The notes under the pieces: model-generated | Seen by the model: the letters and a program-made list of their open reading frames with translations, nothing else | Database searches by the model: none | Told to the model about the DNA's origin: nothing | Source of the DNA: an uncultured bacterium | GTDB lineage: Bacteria > Patescibacteriota > Microgenomatia > Levybacterales > UBA12049 | Direction of reading: 5' to 3' | DNA: 64,000 nucleotides | Assembly (NCBI GenBank): GCA_963826535.1 | Contig: CAWGXL010000010.1 | Coordinates: forward strand, 106,814 to 170,813 | Position numbers and translations under genes: made by a program | Shown: positions 46,177 to 56,862 of the stretch, piece by piece | Layout: each line of letters begins with the position of its first letter | Position numbering within the stretch: the first letter of the stretch is position 1

Positions 46177-47691
46177 ATGGGTGTAATCCAAAAACATTGG
46201 TTGCTAATTATTACGGTTTTATTATTAATAATTCTCTACTTTGCAACTCGTCTCTATAATATTCTTGGGTTACCCATATTCACCGATGAAGCAATTTACA
46301 TCCGCTGGTCCCAAATTGCCCTTAACGATGCAGCCTGGCGTTTTATTTCACTTACCGACGGCAAGCAGCCAATGTACGTATGGATCGCTATGCCTCTTCT
46401 TAAATTTGTCGAAGATCCGCTACTTGCCGGAAGACTTGTATCTGTCTTAGCGGGATTTTTTACAACAATTGGTATATTTTTTCTAACTAAGGAAATATTT
46501 AAAAACCAAAAAACATCCTTTCTGGCATGTCTAATCTATATTTTATTCCCATTCGCGCTGGTATATGACCGTTTAGCCCTCTACGACTCGCTTGTTGCAA
46601 TGTTTATAGTCTGGTCACTCTACTTTGAAGTCTTACTGGCAAAATACGTTAGACTTGATCTGGCTCTTATCCTGGGGATGATAATTGGAGCCGGCATGCT
46701 CACGAAAAGCAGTGCTGAATTTGCACTTATCCTATTGCCATTTTCACTCTTACTTTTTGACATTAAAGCTAAATATCGTAAACAAAGACTAGTTTCTTGG
46801 ATTATATATGCAGCAGTTTCTGCGATCCTCGCAAATATTATATATATGGTTTTGCGGCTCTCACCCTTCTTTTACATCATCGATCAAAAGAATCATGTCT
46901 TCATTTATACGATCGAAGAATGGATCAAGCAGCCATTTGCTTCACTATTTAATAATTTAAATCTTTTTGAGAGTTGGTTGATAGAATACACAACTATTCC
47001 TTTCTTAATACTTGTCATCGCCGCATTTTTAATACGCTCTAAATTTAAAAACGAAAAAACACTTTTATATTTATGGTTTCTTATTCCGCTAATAAGTACT
47101 GCTTTTTTCGGAAAACAAGTTTATCCAAGATTCCTGTTATTTATGATTGTACCGCTCATACCTATAGCTGCATACACTTTGTTTTTTCTCTTTGAAAAAA
47201 CTAGATACTTCTGGCTAAAAGCACTAATATTCATGAGTTTTATTTTAATGTTTCTATTAAATGATTATTATATTATCAATGATTTTAATAAAGCATTAAT
47301 ACCGGAAGCAGATAAGGGACAATTTATTTCTGGCTGGCCATCAGGTATCGGAGTTACCGAAACCGTGACGTTTCTAAAGGAGGAAGGTAAAAACAAGAAA
47401 ATATTCGTCGGAACCCAAGGGACATTTGGTCTTATGCCTTATTCTCTGGAAATATTTCTAAATAAAAATCCCAACATCAAAATAGCAGGGTACTGGCCGA
47501 CCAATGACACACCACCAAAAGAAGTGTTAAGTAATGCTTCAAAAATGCCAACCTATTTCGTTTTCTATCAAGCCTGTCCCTCCTGCAGTGCTATAGGTAT
47601 AGCCCCCGAATCCTGGCCTGTTAAGGAGATTTTTCAGATAAAAAAGATAGAGAAAAACAGTTTTTACACTCTCTACCAAATTAATCCCTAA
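46177..47691 (+). CDS. GT-C (ArnT/PMT-like) glycosyltransferase
   Basis: PIFTDEAIY, KQP, YDRLALYDS, YPRF; polytopic. Confidence 0.85.
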   Translation: MGVIQKHWLLIITVLLLIILYFATRLYNILGLPIFTDEAIYIRWSQIALNDAAWRFISLTDGKQPMYVWIAMPLLKFVEDPLLAGRLVSVLAGFFTTIGIFFLTKEIFKNQKTSFLACLIYILFPFALVYDRLALYDSLVAMFIVWSLYFEVLLAKYVRLDLALILGMIIGAGMLTKSSAEFALILLPFSLLLFDIKAKYRKQRLVSWIIYAAVSAILANIIYMVLRLSPFFYIIDQKNHVFIYTIEEWIKQPFASLFNNLNLFESWLIEYTTIPFLILVIAAFLIRSKFKNEKTLLYLWFLIPLISTAFFGKQVYPRFLLFMIVPLIPIAAYTLFFLFEKTRYFWLKALIFMSFILMFLLNDYYIINDFNKALIPEADKGQFISGWPSGIGVTETVTFLKEEGKNKKIFVGTQGTFGLMPYSLEIFLNKNPNIKIAGYWPTNDTPPKEVLSNASKMPTYFVFYQACPSCSAIGIAPESWPVKEIFQIKKIEKNSFYTLYQINP

Positions 47692-47745
47692 CAATAAACT
47701 TATTAATTAATTTAATATTCATTTTTTGATAGAGAAGCTTTACAT

Positions 47746-49311
47746 ATGTTATGGTTTTGGAAAAATAAAATTAAGTTTCTCACGCTGTTTTTGCTTTTAA
47801 TTGCAGCTATACCTTCGATTATTCCGCTTTTCCATAAAGGGTTTTTTGTAACTGACGATGGCGAATGGATGATCATACGCTTCGCGGCATTTTATTCTGC
47901 ATTACGCGATGGTCAATTTCCTGTCCGTTTTCTACACACGCTAAACTCCGGTTATGGCTATCCTGTCGGGACATTTTTATATCCGGGATTTATGTATTTT
48001 GCTATTCCTATTCAAATCATTACATCAAACTTTGTCGACACGATAAAAATAATTTTCGGATTATCATTGATCGGGTCAACGCTTTTTACCTATTTATGGT
48101 TAAGCAAATTCTTTTCAAAAACCGCGAGCGTTATTGGCGCAATAGTTTCTCTTTATTTGCCCTATCATTTGTATGACATTTATACACGTGGTTCAGTTGG
48201 AGAAGTATTAGCATTTGCATGGATCCCATTTATATTTTGGATGATTGAAAGAAAGAGTATTTTTTACCCGGCAATTGGAATAACATTTCTTATTCTTTCT
48301 CATAATACCATTGCTGCGCTATTCCTCCCCATAATTATTTTTTATCTGGCATTAAAAATTTATTCAGATAGAAAAAAATGGCCAATACATATGCAGGCTT
48401 TTATGTTAGCAGCTGGGATCGGGATGGCAGTGTTTTTCATCGGGCCTGCATTTTTTGAGCTGCAACTTACCAAATTTACGCAAGTAAAAGTATCAAACCC
48501 ATTTTCATATTTTGCAGACATAAATTTAATTGGTCCTGTTTCCATTTTTATTTTTATAATTGCAATAGTTACTTACCTTTTTAAAAGAAACAAAATAAAA
48601 AATTACAAAAATATTTTAATTATGTTTTTTATAATAACTGCTATCAGTTTATTTCTAAGCACGTCATACAGTACAGATATTTGGAAAATAACCAGCACAT
48701 CATGGATACAATTTCCATTTAGAATTTTGTCTATTCTTATTTTTTCTATATCATTCCTTACAGCATTTGTTCTCACCGAAATAAAAGGGACAATGAGAAC
48801 ATTTTTATTATTTTTAATTATTATTCTACTGGTTATGTCAGCTCTTCCATTTAGCACTCCAAAGGAGTTTCTTGATAAAGGTGAGTCCTTCTATTATACG
48901 AATGCTGCAACAACAACAGTTCAAGATGAATATATGCCGGTTTGGGTAAAGCAAAAATACCTTCAAATGCCGGAAAATAAAGTTGATATAATAAATGGGC
49001 AAGGTAGTGTTAGGGATATTCTATATAACAATAAACAAATATCATTCTCAGCTGATATTGGGAAAAATGCGTTTATTCAAGTTAATACAATTTATTGGCC
49101 CGGATGGAACGCATATGTTGATGAAAAACTAGTACCAATTTCATATGACAATCCAAAAGGCGTGATGAGACTAAATGTTTCATCAGGGAATCATTTGATA
49201 AAATTGAAATTTAGTGAAACTCCACCTCGTTTAACAAGCGATGCTTTGTCTTTAGCAAGCTTGATAATAATCTTATTTGTTTGTATAAAAAGAAGATATG
49301 AATACTTTTAA
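47746..49311 (+). CDS. GT-C membrane protein (PTPS-related/YfhO-like)
   Basis: TDDG, GQFPVR, GYGYP..FLYP, RGSVGE, QFPFR, YWPGW. Confidence 0.8.
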   Translation: MLWFWKNKIKFLTLFLLLIAAIPSIIPLFHKGFFVTDDGEWMIIRFAAFYSALRDGQFPVRFLHTLNSGYGYPVGTFLYPGFMYFAIPIQIITSNFVDTIKIIFGLSLIGSTLFTYLWLSKFFSKTASVIGAIVSLYLPYHLYDIYTRGSVGEVLAFAWIPFIFWMIERKSIFYPAIGITFLILSHNTIAALFLPIIIFYLALKIYSDRKKWPIHMQAFMLAAGIGMAVFFIGPAFFELQLTKFTQVKVSNPFSYFADINLIGPVSIFIFIIAIVTYLFKRNKIKNYKNILIMFFIITAISLFLSTSYSTDIWKITSTSWIQFPFRILSILIFSISFLTAFVLTEIKGTMRTFLLFLIIILLVMSALPFSTPKEFLDKGESFYYTNAATTTVQDEYMPVWVKQKYLQMPENKVDIINGQGSVRDILYNNKQISFSADIGKNAFIQVNTIYWPGWNAYVDEKLVPISYDNPKGVMRLNVSSGNHLIKLKFSETPPRLTSDALSLASLIIILFVCIKRRYEYF

Positions 49312-51043
49312 AAAGTTTTTACCTATAATTATTATTTTAATCTTGTTGTATTGGGCAATAAAACCTTTATTTATGCCGGGATTTTTTCCGATCCATGATG
49401 ACGAGCAAGTGGGGAGATTGTACGATTTACATCTGGATGTAATATCAGGGCATTTGCCGCCTAGGCTCTCGCAAAATTTGGGGTATGGATATGATTATCC
49501 ACTTTTTAATTTTTATCCATCTTTTATTTATTACGTTGCCGAAATATATCATCTCTTAGGTTTTTCTTATATAACGTCAATAAAATTAATGATTGCAACC
49601 GGATTTATCCTTGCTGCATTGGCTATGTATGTCCTTTCAAAAGAATATTTTGGAAAATTAGCAGGTGTAATATCATCATTAGTTTATACGTATTCTTCCT
49701 ATCATAGTGTTGATGTATATGTTCGGGGAGCATTGCCGGAGTTCTGGTCATTTGTTTTTTTACCGGCAGTATTTTGGAGTTTTACAAAGCTGGCGAAAAA
49801 GCCTGGAGATTTTTTCACAGTAATTTCAGGAATATTTTTGGCAGCATTTGTGTTAACGCATAATCTAATTGCCATGATGAGTGCTCCCTTTATCGTCTGT
49901 TTTCTTATTTATCTTTATTTTGTTACAAAAGACAAAAAACGATTTGTTTTATCAGCAATTTTTTCAGGAATAATAGGTGTCTGTTTATCCGCATATTTTT
50001 GGCTGCCTGCCATTTTAGAAAAACAATACACAATGGTAAGCGTGCTAACAACTGAGTTAGCAGATTACGCAATACATTTCGTTTATCCTATTCAGTTTTG
50101 GTACTCACCATGGGGATATGGAGGATCAACCGTAGGGATGGGAGATGGACTCTCATTTCAAATTGGTAGAATATATTTTCTTTGTCTAATTGCAGTTTGT
50201 ATTTATGCCTTTATGCTATTAAAAAAACAGAGAAAGACAGCAATATTGTTGCTTTTGCTTCTTGGTCTTTTTATCTTTTCGCTTTTTATACAAACCTCAC
50301 ACTCTAAGTTTATTTGGGATGCACTGCAATCGTTGCTGGCGTATATTCAATTTCCCTGGAGATTCTTGGTGCTTAGTTTTTTTATAGCTTCGTTTGCTCT
50401 TGGAGCACTTTTTGCAACCCCCTTTCCGCTTTATAAAAAGAAAAATTTTGTATATTTACAATATGTTTTAGGAATATTTGTTGTATTCGTTGTTATTTAT
50501 AAAGCTTCTACGATTTTTAATCCATCAACATACCTTATTAATGTGAGAGATCAAGATTATACTAGTCAGGATGTAATGCGATGGAAAACAAGCAACATGG
50601 CATTTGAGTATGTACCAATAGGAATAGCTACGAAAAAATCAGCAAGAGGTAATACTGTTGTTGACATCAAAGAATCTCAAATAGCGAATGGGCCATTTTC
50701 AGTTATTTACGGAAATATGAAGATAAAAGTAACAAAAGACATTCCCCAGGAAAAATCAGCAATAGTAACCGTTAAAAAAGACGGAATATTGCAATTCAAT
50801 GTTTATACATTTCCTGGATGGCAAGTCTTCGTAAATAATAAAGAGCGGGCTTATTCCGCAAACAATTCCTTGAGATTGTTGAGAATTACCTTGGCTGAAG
50901 GCGAGCATGTAGTTGTTGCTAAATTTAATGATACGCCTGTCAGAATTGTAGGAAATTCGCTTTCAGCTATCACAATTATAGGAATTTTGCTATTTGGGGT
51001 TTATTATATGGTTTTACCAACTATGAAGAAAATAAGGAAATAG
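49298..51043 (+). CDS. GT-C membrane protein (PTPS-related/YfhO-like), paralog
   Basis: HDD, GYDYPLFNFYP, RGALPE, QFPWRF, FPGW. Confidence 0.8.
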   Translation: MNTFKKFLPIIIILILLYWAIKPLFMPGFFPIHDDEQVGRLYDLHLDVISGHLPPRLSQNLGYGYDYPLFNFYPSFIYYVAEIYHLLGFSYITSIKLMIATGFILAALAMYVLSKEYFGKLAGVISSLVYTYSSYHSVDVYVRGALPEFWSFVFLPAVFWSFTKLAKKPGDFFTVISGIFLAAFVLTHNLIAMMSAPFIVCFLIYLYFVTKDKKRFVLSAIFSGIIGVCLSAYFWLPAILEKQYTMVSVLTTELADYAIHFVYPIQFWYSPWGYGGSTVGMGDGLSFQIGRIYFLCLIAVCIYAFMLLKKQRKTAILLLLLLGLFIFSLFIQTSHSKFIWDALQSLLAYIQFPWRFLVLSFFIASFALGALFATPFPLYKKKNFVYLQYVLGIFVVFVVIYKASTIFNPSTYLINVRDQDYTSQDVMRWKTSNMAFEYVPIGIATKKSARGNTVVDIKESQIANGPFSVIYGNMKIKVTKDIPQEKSAIVTVKKDGILQFNVYTFPGWQVFVNNKERAYSANNSLRLLRITLAEGEHVVVAKFNDTPVRIVGNSLSAITIIGILLFGVYYMVLPTMKKIRK

Positions 51044-51063
51044 GCTTCAATAGGATAAATATT

Positions 51064-52533
51064 ATGTTTAAGCACCCAACTTTTAAAAAAATAATACATA
51101 GCGAATTGGCATTTTTTGCCTCATTGTATGGTCTAATCCTATGTATTTTTTATAACGCATTTCATATAAATTTTTTTGCTGATGATTATTTTTTTCTTAA
51201 AATAAGCAGAGCGCAAACTATTGGCGATTTTATTCATTTATATTCACCAGTTAGAGATTATTCGTATAAGCCTTTAGGCGGCGAAACTTTTTATTTTATA
51301 CTGCATCAATTAAATAATAACGTAGTATTAGGTCATTTAATTATGTTTATAACTTATTTTGTTGGAATTTTCTACTTATACAAAATAATAATTTTTATGA
51401 CTAATAATAAAAACCTATCTAAGCTGGTAGTTCTTCTTTACGGAGTTAGTTTTATTCATGTTTTTCAACTCTATTGGTTCGGAACATATCAAGAAATTGC
51501 ACTTTTTTGTTTTTTAACTATATCTTTTTACGAATTTATTAGAAAAAAATATATTCTGAGTGTCTTGTTTTTTGTTTTTGCCTGTTTATGTAAAGAAACT
51601 GCTGTCTTGTATGTACCATTCTTATTTTTGTTGACTCTTTTTAGAGATAAAGGAAAAATAATAATCAAAAATTATTATCCCTTGGGGATTTTTGTAATTT
51701 TCACGGCAGTATTTTGGTTGATTTATAAAACAGGATTAGATCATGTCACAAGTCTTGATAATTATAAAATAAATTGGAACTTGAAACTACTGTTGAATAA
51801 TTTTATGTGGTACGGTCTTTGGGGTGTGGGTTTTCCAAATTTCATGCCTGATTATTTTACAAGTATTTTTTCAAAACCTCTTCCTGTATTTTGGGATATC
51901 ATTAAAAGTCATGATATAAAAATTTATTTTAATCAACTAATTATTTATTTGTTTTTATTTATTGGTTCTTTAGCGGTGTATCTATTTTTCTATAAAAAAG
52001 AGCTTAAAAAATATACTTTTTTATTAGTTTTTTCACTTTTTGGTTTTTTACTATTTCTAGGTCCAATACTTTTTTTTACTCATAAATGGATGATCAGGCT
52101 AACTATACCGTTAGTTTTTATTAGTTTTTTTCAAGCCTATTTTCTTGTTGATTTATTTCGTAAAAATATGCTAACCAAAGCAATAGCAATCATTCTCATT
52201 GCTCTCTATTTCAGTTGGAATTTTTATGGTATAAAAACGCATGAATCGTCAAGTTTATATCTTTTGGAAAATGATATTTATATTAAGGCAAACGAATATT
52301 TCTCGATACACAAAAATCAAATAGAAAGTAAAAGATACATTTATTTTAAAGATGATATTAAAAATAAAAATGATATTTTTAAAAATTCTCAAAAACTTAA
52401 ATTGAGTTTTCATGATCAAAGTTTTCTTGATCATTTTTTCCCCGGTTACAAGATGACTGCTGTATATAATTTTGAAACTTCTAAAATACCTTCAAATTCA
52501 TTCATTATTAATTCTAGTTCAATTTTTAATTAG
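51064..52533 (+). CDS. GT-C-like membrane protein
   Basis: FFADDY, YKPL, CKETA; polytopic. Confidence 0.7.
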   Translation: MFKHPTFKKIIHSELAFFASLYGLILCIFYNAFHINFFADDYFFLKISRAQTIGDFIHLYSPVRDYSYKPLGGETFYFILHQLNNNVVLGHLIMFITYFVGIFYLYKIIIFMTNNKNLSKLVVLLYGVSFIHVFQLYWFGTYQEIALFCFLTISFYEFIRKKYILSVLFFVFACLCKETAVLYVPFLFLLTLFRDKGKIIIKNYYPLGIFVIFTAVFWLIYKTGLDHVTSLDNYKINWNLKLLLNNFMWYGLWGVGFPNFMPDYFTSIFSKPLPVFWDIIKSHDIKIYFNQLIIYLFLFIGSLAVYLFFYKKELKKYTFLLVFSLFGFLLFLGPILFFTHKWMIRLTIPLVFISFFQAYFLVDLFRKNMLTKAIAIILIALYFSWNFYGIKTHESSSLYLLENDIYIKANEYFSIHKNQIESKRYIYFKDDIKNKNDIFKNSQKLKLSFHDQSFLDHFFPGYKMTAVYNFETSKIPSNSFIINSSSIFN

Positions 52534-52619
52534 TGTTAAGAACTTAATAAAGTAAGAAGTGACATGGTATATAGCTATTTAGATTGTCTCTCAAGCTGTT
52601 CTGCTATAATTTAGTTATT

Positions 52620-53339
52620 ATGAGTTTCAAGCTTCCTGAAATGTCTATATTTTTCCCTTTTTGGAATGAAGAAGCAAATATTGCGCAGGTTGTTTCAAAA
52701 GCAATCCCTGTTGCTGAAAAAGTAGCATCAAAATGGGAGATAGTCATGGTTGATGATGGATCAGCAGATGATACATTAAAGATCGCTAAAAAACTTGCAA
52801 CCAAAGATAAGAGGCTAAAGATTGTATCATTGCATCCTAATAGGGGCTATGGTGCTGCTATTAAAGCGGGACTTGAAAAAGCAAGGTATGAATACATAGT
52901 TTTTACAGATGGAGACGGCCAATTTGATTTCTCAGAAGTGGGTAAGTTCGTTGAATTAATTAAGGAGGCAGACATGGTCATAGGCTTCAGGAAAAAAAGA
53001 AACGATGCCAATCTCTTCAAAAGGCTACTACTCATGAATCTGCTCAAAGTTTGGGATTTGGTTCTTTTTCGTTTTTATTTCCGGGATATAGATTGCGGAT
53101 TCAAAATGCTCACTAGAAATGGCTTAGATAAAATCAGCCCCCTTCGCTCAGAAGGAGCCATAATTACTACGGAAATTTTGGCAAAAGCTAAAAAAAAGAA
53201 ATTAAAGATCAAGGAAGTTGGTGTCAGTCACTACCCAAGAATTTACGGAGCACAATCAGGCGCTAATTTCCCCGTCATTCTTCGGGCAGTTTTAGAAAGC
53301 TTTCAACTATGGTACGATTTACATTATGGAAGAACTTGA
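52620..53339 (+). CDS. GT2 polyprenyl-phosphate glycosyltransferase
   Basis: PFWNEE, VDDGSAD, NRGYG, DGDGQ, DIDCGFK. Confidence 0.9.
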   Translation: MSFKLPEMSIFFPFWNEEANIAQVVSKAIPVAEKVASKWEIVMVDDGSADDTLKIAKKLATKDKRLKIVSLHPNRGYGAAIKAGLEKARYEYIVFTDGDGQFDFSEVGKFVELIKEADMVIGFRKKRNDANLFKRLLLMNLLKVWDLVLFRFYFRDIDCGFKMLTRNGLDKISPLRSEGAIITTEILAKAKKKKLKIKEVGVSHYPRIYGAQSGANFPVILRAVLESFQLWYDLHYGRT

Positions 53340-54783
53340 TCTCGCGATAGTCACCAAACGCTCCATGAGTGGTGTTTTTGCATTGGTTTCACGCTCCTTT
53401 CTTGTGCAGATTCTAGCAATTGTTAGTAATTTTGTCTTAACTATCTATCTTGAGCCGTCGATGTTTGGTATTTTCTTTGCGGTATCTGCAATAAATGTCT
53501 TCCTCGCCTATTTTCAAGATGTCGGTCTCGCCGCGCTCATTATCCAAAAAAAACTAGAACCGACGCTTGTGGAGCTCCGCACCACATTTACAATACAACA
53601 AATTCTGGTTCTCTCAATTGTTATTCCTGTTTTTCTTTTTGCAACAAACATTGCCGCATTTTTTCATTTGAATCAAGATGGGTTGTATGTACTGTACGCG
53701 TACTTGGCTTCTTTTATTCTTTCTTCCCTGAAAACAATTCCTACCGCGCTTCTTGAAAGAAAGTTGGAATTTCAAAAATTAATCATTCCACAAATTGCTG
53801 AAAGTATTCTGTACAGTGTGGCACTGATTATTTTTGCTGTTATGGGCTATGGTGTGATGACATTTACTATCGCAATTCTTCTGAGAAGTATCATCGGACT
53901 TCCGCTGATTTATATGGTACAACCATGGGATATAGGTGTGGCGTTTAATAAACGCTTAGTAAAAGAACTTCTTACTAGAGGTTCTCCATTTCAAGGAAAC
54001 AGTATCTTGGGATTGGTGAAAGATGATTTATTAAATTTATATATCGCGTCTGTATTACCACTGACACAAGTTGGATATATAGGATTTGCACAAAAATGGG
54101 CGTTCATGCCGCTGCGACTTGTGATGGATAATGTCATCAAAGTTACGTTCCCGTCCTTTAGTAGATTACAACATGATAAAGAAGCATTAAGAAAAGTTAT
54201 AGAAAAATCTCTATATCTCATCTCGTTCTTTATTTTTCCTATTGTCGCAGGCTTTATCACCTTTTCAGCTCAGTTAATTGCATTTATTCCCCGTTACGAA
54301 AAATGGGAACCGGCGATTATTGCTCTTATGTTTTTTTCACTGAATGTGCTTTTCGCCTCAATTACTGTTCCGTTAACAAATTTTCTCAACGCGATAGGTA
54401 AAGTGAATATCACACTGAGCTATATGGTTTTTTGGACGATACTTTCCTGGGTACTGACGGTGTTTTTCATACAGAAATTCGGATATAATGGAGTTGCCGC
54501 AGCTTCAGCCATTGTTGCAGCAAGTGTATTATTGATTCTGTATCCAGTTAAAAAAGAAATTAATTTTTCATTTATTGCTCCCATTTGGAAGCAATTTATA
54601 GCAGCGCTAATTATGGGATTATTTGCTTTCGCCACCCGGGAATTTGTACACTCGTTATTGCAATTAGGAATTCATATTATATTGTCTTGTACTGTTTATT
54701 TGGGAATATTATTTCTTATCTCAAAAGATGATCTTTTCAAAACGATAAGCTTTATCAGGAAAACAATAAGAAAAGAAAAATGA
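53326..54783 (+). CDS. Wzx-type oligosaccharide flippase
   Basis: FQDVGLAALIIQ, LERKLEF, FPSFSRLQ; 12 or more TM helices. Confidence 0.88.
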   Translation: MEELDLAIVTKRSMSGVFALVSRSFLVQILAIVSNFVLTIYLEPSMFGIFFAVSAINVFLAYFQDVGLAALIIQKKLEPTLVELRTTFTIQQILVLSIVIPVFLFATNIAAFFHLNQDGLYVLYAYLASFILSSLKTIPTALLERKLEFQKLIIPQIAESILYSVALIIFAVMGYGVMTFTIAILLRSIIGLPLIYMVQPWDIGVAFNKRLVKELLTRGSPFQGNSILGLVKDDLLNLYIASVLPLTQVGYIGFAQKWAFMPLRLVMDNVIKVTFPSFSRLQHDKEALRKVIEKSLYLISFFIFPIVAGFITFSAQLIAFIPRYEKWEPAIIALMFFSLNVLFASITVPLTNFLNAIGKVNITLSYMVFWTILSWVLTVFFIQKFGYNGVAAASAIVAASVLLILYPVKKEINFSFIAPIWKQFIAALIMGLFAFATREFVHSLLQLGIHIILSCTVYLGILFLISKDDLFKTISFIRKTIRKEK

Positions 54784-55697
54784 AAAAACTTTTTATTTCA
54801 ATTCTCAATTATAATGGTGAGAAAGATACAAGAGCATGCTTGGAGTCTTTATCAGCCTGTATTACGGATGGGATTGATCTTAGGGTGGTTGTCATTGATA
54901 ATAATTCTATCGATGGATTTTCTACGAAGGAAGGTGATTTTCCAAAACTAAAACTAGCTATTATAAAAAACTTCAGCAATGAAGGATTCTCTGGGGGACA
55001 TAATAAAGGGATAACATTAGCTCTCAAAAATAATGCAGATTATATAATGGTCCTCAATAACGATACAATTGTCGATAGTCATTTCATTGTTAATTTGGTT
55101 ACGGTATTGGAGGAGGAAAGTTCCATCGGAGTAGTCATCCCAAAGATCTACTTTGCCAAAGGACATGAATTTCACAAAGGTAAATACAAGCAGGAAGAGT
55201 TAGGAAAAGTCATTTGGTATGCAGGAGGTTTTACTGACTGGAACAACATACAGAGCGTTCACCGCGGAGTTGATGAAGTTGATCGTAGTCAATACGATAA
55301 AATTGAATCTACAGAATTCGCGACCGGTTGCTGCATGCTTTTCAAACGGGAAGTTTTGGAAAAAGTCGGTTTATTTGATGAAAGATATTTTCTATACTAT
55401 GAAGACGCAGATTTATCACAACGTATAAAGAAAGCAGGATTTAAGATTTTTTATGTTCCCACCGCAATGTTGGTTCATTTTAACGCATCTTCTTCAGGAG
55501 GGCCGGGCAATAAATTGCATGATTACTTTTTGACCCGAAACCAAATGCTTTTCGGCATGTCATATGCTCCCCTTAGGTCCAAAATTGCCTTAATAAAACA
55601 AAGTTTACATTTACTCGTGAATGGTAGACCTTATCAAAAGATTGCCATTAGAGATTATTATTTGCATAAATTTGGAAAGGGGTCATTTTTCAAATGA
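54780..55697 (+). CDS. GT2 family glycosyltransferase
   Basis: ILNYNG, DNNS, GFSGGHN, LNND, FDERYFLYYEDAD. Confidence 0.92.
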   Translation: MKKLFISILNYNGEKDTRACLESLSACITDGIDLRVVVIDNNSIDGFSTKEGDFPKLKLAIIKNFSNEGFSGGHNKGITLALKNNADYIMVLNNDTIVDSHFIVNLVTVLEEESSIGVVIPKIYFAKGHEFHKGKYKQEELGKVIWYAGGFTDWNNIQSVHRGVDEVDRSQYDKIESTEFATGCCMLFKREVLEKVGLFDERYFLYYEDADLSQRIKKAGFKIFYVPTAMLVHFNASSSGGPGNKLHDYFLTRNQMLFGMSYAPLRSKIALIKQSLHLLVNGRPYQKIAIRDYYLHKFGKGSFFK

Positions 55698-56455
55698 GCA
55701 AGATTTCAGCAATCATTATAACTAAAAATTCCGAAAATCTAATTGCCGATTGCATAGAATCAATCAGCGGACTGGCGGATGAAATAATTGTTATTGATGA
55801 TGCTTCTACCGACCGTACAGCCGATTTAGCCAAACGCCTAGGCGCCCGTGTAGAGATCCATCCTCAGACACATGTTGACTTCGCCGAAAAACGCAACCTC
55901 GGATTAAAAAAAGCCAAAAACAAATGGATTCTTTATATTGATGCCGACGAAAGAGTTTCTTCGGAATTAAAAGAGTCCATCTTGGAAGTTATAAATCTAC
56001 GTAAACCTGAATATCAAGCCTTCAAAATTCGCCGCAAAAACTTTTATTTTGGCTCCCACCCTTGGCCGTATATAGAAAAATTGGAAAGATTGTTTAATAA
56101 ATCTTCGTTAAAAGGCTGGCAGGGAAAAGTGCACGAGACGCCTTTGTTCGATGGAAAGATTAGTGAATTAAATGGTTACTTACTGCATTACACACACAGA
56201 GATTTAACTTCTATGGTAAACAAAACCATATCCTGGTCCAAAATCGAAGCAGAATTGCGCTACAAATCGCATCACCCTCCTGTGTATTGGTGGCGTTTTC
56301 CCCGTGTCATGCTTACAGCTTTTTATAATTCATATGTCCAACAAAAGGGATACAAGGCCGGAACAGTCGGGCTAATCGAAAGTACTTACCAGGCTTTCAG
56401 CATATTTATTACCTACGCACGCCTCTGGGAAATGCAACAGAAGAAAGACCAATAA
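55694..56455 (+). CDS. GT2 family glycosyltransferase (beta-1,4-glucosyltransferase-like)
   Basis: DDASTDRT, KRN, IDADE, VHE. Confidence 0.9.
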   Translation: MSKISAIIITKNSENLIADCIESISGLADEIIVIDDASTDRTADLAKRLGARVEIHPQTHVDFAEKRNLGLKKAKNKWILYIDADERVSSELKESILEVINLRKPEYQAFKIRRKNFYFGSHPWPYIEKLERLFNKSSLKGWQGKVHETPLFDGKISELNGYLLHYTHRDLTSMVNKTISWSKIEAELRYKSHHPPVYWWRFPRVMLTAFYNSYVQQKGYKAGTVGLIESTYQAFSIFITYARLWEMQQKKDQ

Positions 56456-56549
56456 CATATTGAAATCTTCAGAGCAGATTATACACTTCGAGTAGTTTTA
56501 GTACCATGGGGTAAATCTAAAGTAGAATTTTATTATGACTTCCGGAAAG

Positions 56550-56834
56550 CTATTTAACTTTTACAAAGAACATATTTTTAAACCAAGTCTTTGCCTCATG
56601 AATTGTTAGTCTTTTCTTAGCAAAATAAAACAAATAAACAAGCTCTATTATACCACCAGTATGTATAATCATGAAGAATATAAACCAATTTCTCTGATTA
56701 AGTCGCGCGCTTCGCCAAAGAACAATACCCGACCAAAGAAGAGACCAAAATAAGATAATATAATATAGCCAAGAAGGAACTCCATTAGGACTCATATATA
56801 GAAACATGGTAACATGAGGAATATGCATATGCAA
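56550..56834 (-). CDS. DUF5652-like small membrane protein
   Basis: WSLLWSGIVLWRSAR..Q..WF...HTGGIIELVY. Confidence 0.7.
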   Translation of the reverse strand: MHMHIPHVTMFLYMSPNGVPSWLYYIILFWSLLWSGIVLWRSARLNQRNWFIFFMIIHTGGIIELVYLFYFAKKRLTIHEAKTWFKNMFFVKVK

Positions 56835-56862
56835 GAGCCGCGAAAATTGGTAAAATCAAACT